Shown here: piece after piece, positions 30,161 through 39,116 of the stretch
Numbering within the stretch: the stretch's first letter is position 1
Layout: each line of letters opens with the position of its first letter
Assembly (NCBI GenBank): GCA_002305475.1
Contig: DBRB01000015.1
Coordinates: 72,987 to 136,986 of the forward strand
Direction: 5' to 3'
Source of the DNA: a candidate division WWE3 bacterium UBA1379
Lineage (GTDB): Bacteria > Patescibacteriota > WWE3 > UBA101185 > UBA10185
DNA length: 64,000 bases
Translations under genes and position numbers: made by a program
The notes under the pieces: generated by a model
What the model saw: only the letters and a program-made list of their open reading frames with translations
Told to the model about the DNA's origin: nothing
Databases searched by the model: none

Positions 30161-30505
30161 TTATCTGCAAATCTGATCCCGTAAAGTGTTAATATTTTTA
30201 TTTAGGAAGCAGTAATTTTTGGAATAAACATCTTTTCCTTTTTTACTACCACTATCGTATACTCCAATGATATGAGCCACTTTTTTAAAGACCTTCTTTG
30301 CCAGTTCTTTTGAATTATTATCATATGGGCTACTCTTTTTAAATATTGCAAACATTAACTCTTCCAACTCCATAAAAAAATTACGGTCAAAATTATCTGG
30401 AAGAGGAAGGAGTAGTTGTCTGAGAATCTTTTTTGTTTTGTTCTGATCGTTTAATCTTAACGGTGTATAAAGTACTTTACCAGTAGGTGTGAATTTACCA
30501 GACAT
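30161..30505 (-). CDS. Hypothetical small protein (114 aa)
   Basis: Canonical SD (AGGAGAAAGAC-ATG). Its start and C-terminal contexts are conserved with the neighbouring 60-aa ORF. No family recognised. Confidence 0.35.
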   Translation of the reverse strand: MSGKFTPTGKVLYTPLRLNDQNKTKKILRQLLLPLPDNFDRNFFMELEELMFAIFKKSSPYDNNSKELAKKVFKKVAHIIGVYDSGSKKGKDVYSKNYCFLNKNINTLRDQICR

Positions 30506-30639
30506 GTCTTTCTCCTATATATTTTGGCACTAAGATAATAATTAGGTGACCAGATAATACAACCTTGATGTAACAAAAGCAAATGAAAGTGCTATGCCTG
30601 TCCTGACGGAATAAAAAAGCTTTGGGTTAAAGTGGATTC

Positions 30640-30822
30640 CTATTTGCAAAGAAGCCCTTTCAGAGCATTAAGATGCCAGGATATTCTCCGATAGCTGGTT
30701 CGAAAGGAACTTTCAGCATTTCTATATTCTTCATCATTCCCATTAACTGCTTCTTGCAACGCATGAAGAATTGGTCCTAATTCGTTATTTAATGCACCAG
30801 CTAGCGCCGCCTCTTTTGCCAT
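30640..30822 (-). CDS. Hypothetical small protein (60 aa), diverged paralog-like partner of the ORF at 30161-30505
   Basis: SD AAAGGAGAAAACC-ATG. It ends ...LCK-stop, against ...ICR-stop in its neighbour. GC-richer than the surroundings. Confidence 0.3.
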   Translation of the reverse strand: MAKEAALAGALNNELGPILHALQEAVNGNDEEYRNAESSFRTSYRRISWHLNALKGLLCK

Positions 30823-30902
30823 GGTTTTCTCCTTTCTTTATCACTATCTCTATTGTTATTTATAAGTGACCAAATACTACATTCACGTTATAATAAAGGC
30901 AA

Positions 30903-32039
30903 ATGAAAATCCTCATGCAAGGCCGGTACGAACTTCTTGCTAAAGGCGGCGGCGACAAAGTACAAATTGAAAATACTGCTAAGGAACTTAGAAACTTGGG
31001 AGTAAATGTTGATATTGTTGGTGGTCCTGTAAAGGATCTTTCTTCTTATGACCTTGTGCATTTATTTCAACTTGACTGGACTCCAGAAACATATTTTCTG
31101 GCCAAAAATGCTAAAGATGCAGGAAAACCACTTGTATTATCCCCAATTCATCACAGCGTGAAGGAAGTAAAGAGATTTGATGATGAATATGTTTTCGATT
31201 TCCGCAGACTATCAAAAATATTGTTCAAAGAACAGCATAAAAGGGATACTTTCAAAAATATATACAGGTCTTTGATTAATCCTCAGAAACTTAAACCCAC
31301 ATTGCAAAGTATAAATATTGGATTAAAGAACATGCATATCAGAACACTTAGTATGGCAGATATTATTCTAGTGCAGACTGAAGCAGAAGCAACGGATTTA
31401 AAAGATACATATGGGGTAGATTTTTCATGGGTGAAAATACCAAACGGAGTTGGAGAACCGTTCTTAAAGGCAAATAAATCAGATAGTAAATTACCCAATC
31501 CACTGGGTTTTCAGGACTATATTATTTGTGTAGGTAGAATTGAGCCCAGAAAAAATCAGATTAAAGTGATTGAAGCAGTAAATTGTTTACGGAAAGAAAA
31601 GAACATGGATATAAGACTGGTTTTTATCGGATCTATGAACAGCGAAAAACATTTTGAGTATAAGTACAAGTTCCGCAAAACTCTCAAGCAGTACACATGG
31701 ATTAAACATATAGAATCAGTTCCTTATGATGTAATGCCTGCATATTATAAATATGCAAAAGTCGGTGTTTCTGCCAGTTGGTTTGAAACAACTGGACTGA
31801 CCAGCCTAGAAGCTTTATTCTGTGGTAGTAATGCTGTCGCATCAGGTAAACGGGCTAAGGAGTATCTGGGTGATCTGGTGAGCTATTGTGATCCGGGAGA
31901 CGTCAATTCCATCCAGAAAGCTATAGATACTGAATATTTTAATCAGCGTCCTACAGTTCCGGAAAATATGTTTAAGGAATATACATGGGAAAATGCGGCA
32001 AAGAAAACTTTGGAGGTTTATCACAAACTGATAAAATAA
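30903..32039 (+). CDS. GT4-like glycosyltransferase
   Basis: ICVGRIEPRKN...ASWFETTGLTSLEALFCGSNAVAS. 378 aa. Confidence 0.6.
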   Translation: MKILMQGRYELLAKGGGDKVQIENTAKELRNLGVNVDIVGGPVKDLSSYDLVHLFQLDWTPETYFLAKNAKDAGKPLVLSPIHHSVKEVKRFDDEYVFDFRRLSKILFKEQHKRDTFKNIYRSLINPQKLKPTLQSINIGLKNMHIRTLSMADIILVQTEAEATDLKDTYGVDFSWVKIPNGVGEPFLKANKSDSKLPNPLGFQDYIICVGRIEPRKNQIKVIEAVNCLRKEKNMDIRLVFIGSMNSEKHFEYKYKFRKTLKQYTWIKHIESVPYDVMPAYYKYAKVGVSASWFETTGLTSLEALFCGSNAVASGKRAKEYLGDLVSYCDPGDVNSIQKAIDTEYFNQRPTVPENMFKEYTWENAAKKTLEVYHKLIK

Positions 32040-32043
32040 TTGT

Positions 32044-34953
32044 GTGCACCCCGAATTAATAGTTATTGGATTATTATTCATAATATCTTTAGTCCTTCTA
32101 TTAACCAACTTTAAAGCTGGTTTTTATGTGCTTCTAATTTTATCTGTTTTACTACATAAAGAACTTTTCAGCATTTTCAGATGGGATATTCTTCCGGTCA
32201 GACTATTTATGGTAGCATTTACAATCTTTGCAGGTATTAAAGGTCTCCAATGGTTCATTAAAGAGAAACGCATTAAGAGTGTTTTTAATCATGCTGCAAA
32301 TCCGTTTATTCTTTTCCTTTTAGCATTATGGTTGGTTCGTGCAATATCTTTGATCTTTAGTAAGAACATGCAGTCCAGTATTCAGCTTTTGGGTTTTTTT
32401 ACCTCTATGGTGGTTCTAGGTATTTATCTTTTTTACTACTTTCAGAGCAAACCTCAGGAAATAATTAAATTTATTAAATTTTATATCTTTGTAGTTTTTG
32501 GTTTGTGTGTTTTTGCATTTATTCAGCTGATTATTTATGCACAGACAGGTAAAATTTACGGAGCATTGTGGAACGTCCCCGGACATTTATCAAGAGTCGG
32601 ATCACTATTTTGGGATGTGAACCATTTCGGGGGATTATTAGCTGGTCTTCTTCCGGTATTAGGTATATTTATTTTGGTCTCAAAAGGTGTTAAGGAAAGA
32701 TTAGGATACATGTTGCTTATTATTCCGATGTCACTGGTTCTTTTATTAACCAATTCACGTACTTCCTGGATCAGTGCCTTTATTGCATTGATGGTATTTA
32801 TCACCTTAATGATAGTGAGGAGAGTGGGTGTAAAAGGTGTGGTTGCAGTTGTTTTGGCATTGATCCTGATATCTATACCGTTTGTTATTGAGTATCAGGA
32901 TAAATCCAGTCCCTTTAGAGCCAGGGTAAAACAGTATTTCCATTACAGAATAGATTCGTTTGATTCGCACCTGCTACTGTTAAGAGGTGCATTTCAGGTA
33001 TTTGAATCATATCCGTATATTGGTGGCGGTTATGGTAGTTTCTTTGAACATTTTTCCAAGACAAAGGTAGCTGCTGAATTTTTCGGTAGAGATCCTGCGG
33101 CACTAAATGTCCGTGTACCTGCTCATACCATATGGGGGGAATTAGTGGCAGAAACAGGCATTACCGGATTGGCAGTATTCATCCTTTTTATACTTTCCGG
33201 ATTGCTGCCCCTTTTATATCTATCACAAAATCAGAAAGATAAAAAAGAATACTTAATTTCTTCAGCTATGTTAGCCGGTTTGGTAGGATGGCTTACTGCC
33301 GGAATATTTTACTCATACAATTCAGAGTTTTTCTGGCTAGTGTTCTTTATGTATTTCATCTATGGATTGAACATTTTAGGGCGGGATAAGTACGGAAAAA
33401 TTATTTCTCACTACACCCAGCATAATAGTATCGGTTTTTGGTTGATCCTAATTATCTCAGTAGGTTTGGTTTTCTTTAACTTAGGGAAAAACCACCTATT
33501 GCCTTGGGATGAGGCTATATATGCACAGATTGCTAAAAATATGGTGCAATCGGGAGATTTTATTGTTCAGAGATGGTGGCCGGATAGGGTATGGTATGAA
33601 AAACCTCCGCTTGGTATGTGGCTGATAGCAGTTTCATTCAAATTATTTGGAATTTCTGAATTTACAGCTCGATTATCTTCAGCAATATTTGGAATCGGTA
33701 CGGTATTAATTGTGTATTTCTTCGGAAGAAGAATGTTTAATAAAACAGTTGGTTTTATTTCGGCATTGTCTCTATTGACCACATTTAACTTTTTATATTA
33801 TTCCCGGGCATCAATGCTTGATGTAACTTCTACATTCTTTATTACTTTATCTCTGTTTTTATACTGGCTGGCAAAAAATAATAACAGAAATCAGATTATG
33901 TATTGGGTAATCTCCGGTCTTACGGTTGGAATGAGTATTATGGTAAAAGGGGTAGTCGGTTTTATACCATTTGCGGTGATAGGTATGTTTGAAATATATC
34001 TATTCCTGATAAAGAAACAAAAGCTTAACAGCCGACTTTTTTTGGGATATTTCTCATTCTTCATATTCAGTGTATTGGTATTTATGCCATGGCATTTGGA
34101 AATGTATAGGAGATTTGGTGCTGCGTTTATTGATAATTATCTTGGATATCATGTTCTGGATAGGGCAACATCGTCCATAGAAGATAAAGGAAGACCGTTC
34201 TTCTGGTACACGATAGTCATGAAAGTGAGTATGCGAATCTGGTTTGTGGTATTAATTCCTGCTTTACTTTCGATTATGTACGGAATTTATAAGAAATCAG
34301 ATAAAAATACATTCCTTATGATCTGGCTCGTTTTCATTTTTCTCCTATTTTCCAGCGCTACATCAAAATTAAAATGGTACATTATTCCGATTTATCCTGC
34401 TACATCTTTAATGGTTGGGTATTTCCTTGAACGAGCCTTAGATTTTCTATTCAATAAGGTGAAAGTATTAAACCCGGTAATAATTAAAACCATGTTCCTC
34501 TACTCTCTGGTGGTATTCGGCTTGTTTTATTTATTTGTGAACAGGGAGCTAGTTTACGAAACGGATTTGACGGGAGCACAGGCACTACTTTTGGAAGAGA
34601 AGGATCAGATATTCGGAACCGATACGAAAGTGTATGCAGATAGAATTGACCTGCCGTTGATCTTATATTACTCCGACAGTCCGTTTGAAGTCGTCGATTT
34701 TGCACCCTTAAATGAGAAAATATCCGTACTTACTCCTGAAGATAAATTTATCTTTATAACCAAAGAAAGTCGTTATAGAAAACTAAAGGAGAGCTACCCC
34801 AGAATAGAAAAGGTATCCGGTTATAAAGAATGGGTTATGGGTTTCATTTCGTATGGGTATGATTATGACTCTTCAACTAAAGAGGTGAATCCTATCGATC
34901 AACCATTGATTCCACCCGTAGATACCCCAATACAAATCCAAAATAACCCTTGA
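32044..34953 (+). CDS. Fusion membrane protein: N-terminal O-antigen ligase/polymerase-like (Wzy_C) domain plus C-terminal ArnT/PMT-like GT-C domain
   Basis: 969 aa with a GTG start. The N-terminal half has TNSRTSWISAFIAL...GGGYGSFFEHF...VPAHTIWGELVAETGITGL (O-antigen ligase family signature). The C-terminal half has PWDEAIYAQIAKNM (the DE-x-RYA-like acceptor loop of ArnT/PMT) and PLGMWLIAVSFKLFGISEFTARLSSAIFGIGTVLIVYFFGRRMF. Confidence 0.55.
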   Translation: MHPELIVIGLLFIISLVLLLTNFKAGFYVLLILSVLLHKELFSIFRWDILPVRLFMVAFTIFAGIKGLQWFIKEKRIKSVFNHAANPFILFLLALWLVRAISLIFSKNMQSSIQLLGFFTSMVVLGIYLFYYFQSKPQEIIKFIKFYIFVVFGLCVFAFIQLIIYAQTGKIYGALWNVPGHLSRVGSLFWDVNHFGGLLAGLLPVLGIFILVSKGVKERLGYMLLIIPMSLVLLLTNSRTSWISAFIALMVFITLMIVRRVGVKGVVAVVLALILISIPFVIEYQDKSSPFRARVKQYFHYRIDSFDSHLLLLRGAFQVFESYPYIGGGYGSFFEHFSKTKVAAEFFGRDPAALNVRVPAHTIWGELVAETGITGLAVFILFILSGLLPLLYLSQNQKDKKEYLISSAMLAGLVGWLTAGIFYSYNSEFFWLVFFMYFIYGLNILGRDKYGKIISHYTQHNSIGFWLILIISVGLVFFNLGKNHLLPWDEAIYAQIAKNMVQSGDFIVQRWWPDRVWYEKPPLGMWLIAVSFKLFGISEFTARLSSAIFGIGTVLIVYFFGRRMFNKTVGFISALSLLTTFNFLYYSRASMLDVTSTFFITLSLFLYWLAKNNNRNQIMYWVISGLTVGMSIMVKGVVGFIPFAVIGMFEIYLFLIKKQKLNSRLFLGYFSFFIFSVLVFMPWHLEMYRRFGAAFIDNYLGYHVLDRATSSIEDKGRPFFWYTIVMKVSMRIWFVVLIPALLSIMYGIYKKSDKNTFLMIWLVFIFLLFSSATSKLKWYIIPIYPATSLMVGYFLERALDFLFNKVKVLNPVIIKTMFLYSLVVFGLFYLFVNRELVYETDLTGAQALLLEEKDQIFGTDTKVYADRIDLPLILYYSDSPFEVVDFAPLNEKISVLTPEDKFIFITKESRYRKLKESYPRIEKVSGYKEWVMGFISYGYDYDSSTKEVNPIDQPLIPPVDTPIQIQNNP

Positions 34954-34975
34954 TTACATAGATTTACTAAAGTAG

Positions 34976-35185
34976 TTATGATTTTCTTCCAAAACTAAAT
35001 ATTGCTAATAACAGATATATAGCCGATGCACCAACCAGAGAGTATATGAATTTGGTTGGTACGGAACCCTGTCCTAGAATTGATGCAACAAGGTCAAAGT
35101 CAAATAACCCTATTAACCCCCAGTTAATACCTCCTACTATAGTTAGGATTAGTGCTGTTAAATCAAAAGTATTAAGCTTGTTCAT
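34976..35185 (-). CDS. DUF378-family small membrane protein
   Basis: 69 aa with the GGINWGLIGLFDFDLV motif characteristic of DUF378. Confidence 0.55.
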   Translation of the reverse strand: MNKLNTFDLTALILTIVGGINWGLIGLFDFDLVASILGQGSVPTKFIYSLVGASAIYLLLAIFSFGRKS

Positions 35186-35240
35186 ACAAAGAGCATCTAC
35201 TATAAGCTTTAAATGTAAGTTGTAATCAGGTAAAGATTTC

Positions 35241-35266
35241 CAGGGATAAACCCGGGTTTATCCCTG
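35241..35266. promoter_or_regulatory. Perfect 26-bp palindrome CAGGGATAAACCCGGGTTTATCCCTG in the divergent intergenic region
   Basis: Read directly from the sequence. The half-site GGTTTATCCCT recurs immediately before the aspS start codon (35521-35531). Confidence 0.5.
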
Positions 35267-35299
35267 TATCTGTTGTCGTTGTAGGATCTTTATGATAAT

Positions 35300-35471
35300 C
35301 TAAAAATAATAGTGATGACGGAGACTGTGACCCTCCTGAACTGCATGGTAAAAAGGCTTTATGCTGAGTAAGACCTGCCGGGTGAGCCCGTTACAGCTTT
35401 CAATGAGTGAAAAGTACCGGGTGGCACCGTCCAATATTGGACCCTGGCAGAGTTAGCCGGGGCTTGTTTTT
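35300..35471 (+). promoter_or_regulatory. T-box-like leader (putative tRNA-Asp sensing) upstream of aspS
   Basis: GUGAUGA K-turn-like element at the 5' end. Hairpin GGAG-ACUGUGACC-CUCC exposes a GAC codon. T-box-like GGGUGGCACCG sits at 35419-35429. Downstream hairpin CCCUGGC-agaguua-GCCGGGG is followed by CUUGUUUUU. Confidence 0.4.
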
Positions 35472-35531
35472 CAGACCCTACGCTGCGGCTGATTTAATAA
35501 ATAAATTTAGGGTCGATCTAGGTTTATCCCT

Positions 35532-36869
35532 ATGAGGACTATTATTAGAGATACTTTAAATAAAGTTGGAGAAAAAGCCACAATTTATGGTTGGGTTAGG
35601 CTGGTGCGTGACCACGGTAAAGTGACGTTTGTGGATGTGAGAGATTTTTCTGGTGTGATACAGGTGGTGTTTGTCGGTAATGCCGATGCTAAATCCCTGC
35701 GCAGTGAAGATGTAGTAGTGATTGAGGGTACTGTGCAGCAGAGAAAAGCCGGAACGGAGAATACGGAAATCGAAACAGGGTCAATAGAAATTTTCGGTGA
35801 ATCGCTTACAGTATTGGAGAGAGCGGGTGATCTACCTATTGATATGGGTGCTGCGGAATTAAATGTAGAGCTTCCAACTTTACTGGATCATCGTTCTTTA
35901 ACTTTACGTCATCCCAAAGTGCAGGCAATTTTTAAAGTGCAGGAAATTATTGTAGATGCGTTTCGTAATGCTCTAAAAGAAAAAGATTTTACCGAATTTG
36001 TTGCTCCAGCTATTGTTCCTACAGCTACCGAAGGCGGGGCGGAAGTTTTTAAGATTGACTATTTTGACTACAATGCCTTTTTAGGTCAGAGCCCACAGTT
36101 TTATAAGCAGATTATGGTTGGAGCGTTTGAACGGGCTTTTACCGTAGGTAAGGTATATCGGGCTGAACCGTCTGTGACAACCCGGCATCTGACTGAATAT
36201 CTATCTCTTGATGCTGAATTCGGTTTTATTAATGATTTTATGGAAATAATGGATATGGTTGAGTATGTTATGAGAAGGATTTTTAAAGATCTTAGCGAGA
36301 AAGGTGAAAAATACCTTAAACTGTATGGAGCAACAATCCCTCAGTTTTCGGATAAGATTCCTGCAGTTACTATGGACGAAGCTAAGGAAATAATTTTCAA
36401 AAGAACAGGCAGGGATATAAGAAAAAAACCTGACCTTGATCCACAAGGTGAAAAAGATATCTGTCAGTATGCATATGAAGAGTTCGGAAGTGAACTGATT
36501 TTTGTGACTCATTATCCGACAGCAAAAAGACCTTTTTATACATATCCAAATAAGGATAATACGGAGATAACGGACAGCTTTGATTTAATCGGCAGAGGTG
36601 TGGAATGGGTTACTGGCGGTCGAAGAATCAATAATTATGAACATATTGTGGAGAATGCAAAAAAGTGGGGAAATGATCCTGAAGCATTAGATATTTATCT
36701 TCAAGCTTTCAGATACGGCATGCCTCCCGAGGGTGGTTTTGCCTTAGGTGCGGAACGAATCACTATGAATATCTTAGGTCTTCAAAACATCAGAGAAGCA
36801 TCTGCATTCCCACGAGATATGGAAAGAGTTGATGTGATGCTGCGGGATATACAACCTGAGGAAGAATAA
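35532..36869 (+). CDS. aspS: Aspartyl-tRNA synthetase, short archaeal/eukaryal-like class IIb form (likely non-discriminating)
   Basis: 445 aa, lacking the bacterial GAD insertion. N-terminal OB anticodon-binding domain, class II motifs, and the C-terminal GGFALGAERITMNILGLQNIREASAFPRD (motif 3). Confidence 0.9.
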   Translation: MRTIIRDTLNKVGEKATIYGWVRLVRDHGKVTFVDVRDFSGVIQVVFVGNADAKSLRSEDVVVIEGTVQQRKAGTENTEIETGSIEIFGESLTVLERAGDLPIDMGAAELNVELPTLLDHRSLTLRHPKVQAIFKVQEIIVDAFRNALKEKDFTEFVAPAIVPTATEGGAEVFKIDYFDYNAFLGQSPQFYKQIMVGAFERAFTVGKVYRAEPSVTTRHLTEYLSLDAEFGFINDFMEIMDMVEYVMRRIFKDLSEKGEKYLKLYGATIPQFSDKIPAVTMDEAKEIIFKRTGRDIRKKPDLDPQGEKDICQYAYEEFGSELIFVTHYPTAKRPFYTYPNKDNTEITDSFDLIGRGVEWVTGGRRINNYEHIVENAKKWGNDPEALDIYLQAFRYGMPPEGGFALGAERITMNILGLQNIREASAFPRDMERVDVMLRDIQPEEE

Positions 36870-36892
36870 TCTATTCAAATTGAAAAGAAAAT

Positions 36893-36940
36893 GACGAAAG
36901 TGTCCGCTTATGAATATAATGCGGACACTTTTAAATTTAT
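36893..36940. terminator. Bidirectional intrinsic terminator
   Basis: AAAGTGTCCGC-(13-nt loop)-GCGGACACTTT, an 11-bp perfect stem. T-rich on the minus side and TTTTAAATTT on the plus side. It sits between convergent aspS and the 107-aa ORF. Confidence 0.6.
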
Positions 36941-36947
36941 GCACGGA

Positions 36948-37271
36948 TTAATGATAGCCGACTTTTTTACTTTCGGATTCTTTAATCTTTTTTAATTCTC
37001 CTTTTATATACTTGATTGCTTCTGTAATATTCATCGTCCTAACTATCAGACGAAAATTAGAAACGTCTCTCTCTTCTTTTTCTAATTGTCTGAGGATTGA
37101 TTCATACACTTCTGTTTTATTACTACAGCTTAATAAATTGTCTTTTTTTGTTTTGTTATTATAGATTGCTAAGAGTGCATGATACAAAGCCTCATTCATT
37201 TCCTTGTTCTCCTCAGTTTCATTAAGTAAACTATTGAGTGTTGAATCAAGGGAAAAGTTGGATTTTGCCAT
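36948..37271 (-). CDS. Hypothetical protein (107 aa, charged and helical)
   Basis: An ORF with a terminator immediately downstream. No family recognised. Confidence 0.3.
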   Translation of the reverse strand: MAKSNFSLDSTLNSLLNETEENKEMNEALYHALLAIYNNKTKKDNLLSCSNKTEVYESILRQLEKEERDVSNFRLIVRTMNITEAIKYIKGELKKIKESESKKVGYH

Positions 37272-37322
37272 TTTGTCTACTCTCCTTAATTTAAATGTGG
37301 TAAATGCATTAGTATTTGTGGA

Positions 37323-38513
37323 TTACTTCTTAACAAACATCAGAACATACGTCAATCCGACTGCTGATATTCCTGCTATTAGAGAGGAATATGCTAGTCC
37401 GGTAAGAGCCAGACTAGGAACCAAAATCAGGGATCCAAGTAGAAAGACTAGAAGCTTAAATACGGAAATATGGAAAAGAGCTTTTGTCTTTTGTTCCACA
37501 AAAAAGTAATTTTCCGTGAAAGTATGAATTGCTGTTAAAGCACTCGTAAAGATTAAAATATTCAGCAGTGGGAGAGATTCCAGGAATTTTTCTCCGAAAA
37601 CGAAAGGTATAAAAAACCTAGCAAAGATCATGGCACATAGTGATAACAAAAGTATTCCTGCGGAGATCAATCCTGTTTCCTTAAAGTCATACTTTTTGTT
37701 TTCTCTTTTACCTCTGGCATTTTTTGGAAGTAGTACCGTGAATATGGATAAGGACACCAGAGAAAAAATTGTGGAGATTTTATCTGCCAGAGAAAAAATA
37801 CCTACATCTGAAAAACCCTGAGCAATTTTTGCGATGCTGTTTGCAATTGCTGACCAGCTTTCTGCAATGATTTGTGATATTCCTGCAGGAAAACTCTGAC
37901 TGAAAATTAATTTTAGTCCTGAAAAATCCGGTCTGAAATATTGTAGATCTTTGGGAAGAAAAAAGAAAAGAATGATACTAGGAGCTACCGAACCTACAAA
38001 TACTAAAAAACCCTGAGTAAAATTAAGACTAAACAAACCAAGCAGAATGAATACTGCAACTACTCCTTTAATAAATGCCGGGATGGAGTTTAATAAAATC
38101 AGGTACTCAAATTTTTCTATTTTTTGAAACAGACCGAATAATGCAAAATTCAAAGTATATACGATCAGTCCGAATAAAAAGAGAAGATAAATTGTGGTAT
38201 CTGAAAAATTCAGAAATCTTAATGCTAAGTATGAAATAGGAAGAGTGACAGCAAATAGAATTATTTTTAAAGAAAGGAATTTATCTTTGATCAGTTCATT
38301 TTGAGCTAAAGCTTTGGCAACATATAGTGAGTTGGTACCAAAATCAGTTATTTTTGCAATGGCTACCAGAAGACTGGTTGTAAGTGTATATCTACCAAAA
38401 TCATCCAGCGGAAGACTTTTTGCCAGAGCGGTTAAGAATAAAAACCCCAGGGCTGCATTTAAAATGTTCCCCACACCGACAAATGAAATTTTCCATAAGG
38501 ATTTTGTCATCAC
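37323..38513 (-). CDS. Polysaccharide flippase-like protein (Wzx / MOP superfamily)
   Basis: 396 aa with about 12 TM helices. The N-terminal VGNILNAALGFLFLTALAKSL...DFGRYTL is typical of Wzx-family proteins. Confidence 0.55.
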   Translation of the reverse strand: MMTKSLWKISFVGVGNILNAALGFLFLTALAKSLPLDDFGRYTLTTSLLVAIAKITDFGTNSLYVAKALAQNELIKDKFLSLKIILFAVTLPISYLALRFLNFSDTTIYLLFLFGLIVYTLNFALFGLFQKIEKFEYLILLNSIPAFIKGVVAVFILLGLFSLNFTQGFLVFVGSVAPSIILFFFLPKDLQYFRPDFSGLKLIFSQSFPAGISQIIAESWSAIANSIAKIAQGFSDVGIFSLADKISTIFSLVSLSIFTVLLPKNARGKRENKKYDFKETGLISAGILLLSLCAMIFARFFIPFVFGEKFLESLPLLNILIFTSALTAIHTFTENYFFVEQKTKALFHISVFKLLVFLLGSLILVPSLALTGLAYSSLIAGISAVGLTYVLMFVKK

Positions 38514-38565
38514 CTCTAGATTTTATCAGTATTTCCTCTATATCACTATCGGAATGAGTGTAAAT

Positions 38566-38606
38566 AAAAAACCCCCTATAAAATCTAGCTTTATAGGGGT
38601 ATTTTC
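38566..38606 (-). terminator. Intrinsic terminator downstream of the 117-aa ORF (minus strand)
   Basis: Minus-strand read: CCCCTATAAAgctagatTTTATAGGGGG followed by TTTTTTATTT. Confidence 0.6.
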
Positions 38607-38958
38607 AGGGTGGATCCATTCTTTGCTCGTAAACATAAATTGTGGCTTTCTTGCACTCTTTTCCTACGATAAAAATACATACTACTTGTTTATATCCCAC
38701 CCAAACCTGTAAGATGGTTTCTTTACCGTTGACTGGATGTCCTTGCTTAATTTCGAGGTTTAAACCATTATCCCCCAGGATTTCCTCTAGTTGATTGATG
38801 AGTTCACTAATGACCGGTTTATCTGTCTTGGCGTACGCGATCAGAAAATCCGCAAGAATCTTTCTGAAAAAGTTGGATATCGGACAGCTTTTTTGACAAT
38901 GGCGATGAGGTAAACCGTTTTCTTCTGATGACACCTGTGTACTGAGGTAGGTAACCAT
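38605..38958 (-). CDS. Hypothetical protein (117 aa) with N-terminal HRHCQKSCP motif
   Basis: An ORF with an SD-like AAAGGA upstream and a clean terminator downstream. No confident family. Confidence 0.4.
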   Translation of the reverse strand: MVTYLSTQVSSEENGLPHRHCQKSCPISNFFRKILADFLIAYAKTDKPVISELINQLEEILGDNGLNLEIKQGHPVNGKETILQVWVGYKQVVCIFIVGKECKKATIYVYEQRMDPP

Positions 38959-39116
38959 AAGGCTCTATCCTTTTTACTCTTCTCCATTAATTACGATCCG
39001 ATGATTCGGTTTGTCACCGGTAGTATTAAAATTCACTATAATACTTTTGTTTAATTAAATAAATAGAAGCATATTGGTGTTTTTGTATGCATACTTATAG
39101 GATGTACAATTATTAT

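Noticed and set aside
35247-35275. The 26-bp palindrome as a Rho-independent terminator for the DUF378 gene
   Set aside because: It lies upstream of that minus-strand gene's start codon, not downstream of its stop. There is no U-tract. It is more consistent with an operator or leader-RNA element.
38605-38958. Assignment of the 117-aa HRHCQKSCP protein to DUF134/UPF0251 (PRxRRCRRV plus HTH)
   Set aside because: Only the short Cys/basic N-terminal motif is vaguely similar. The remainder lacks the sigma-70-region-4-like HTH of that family.
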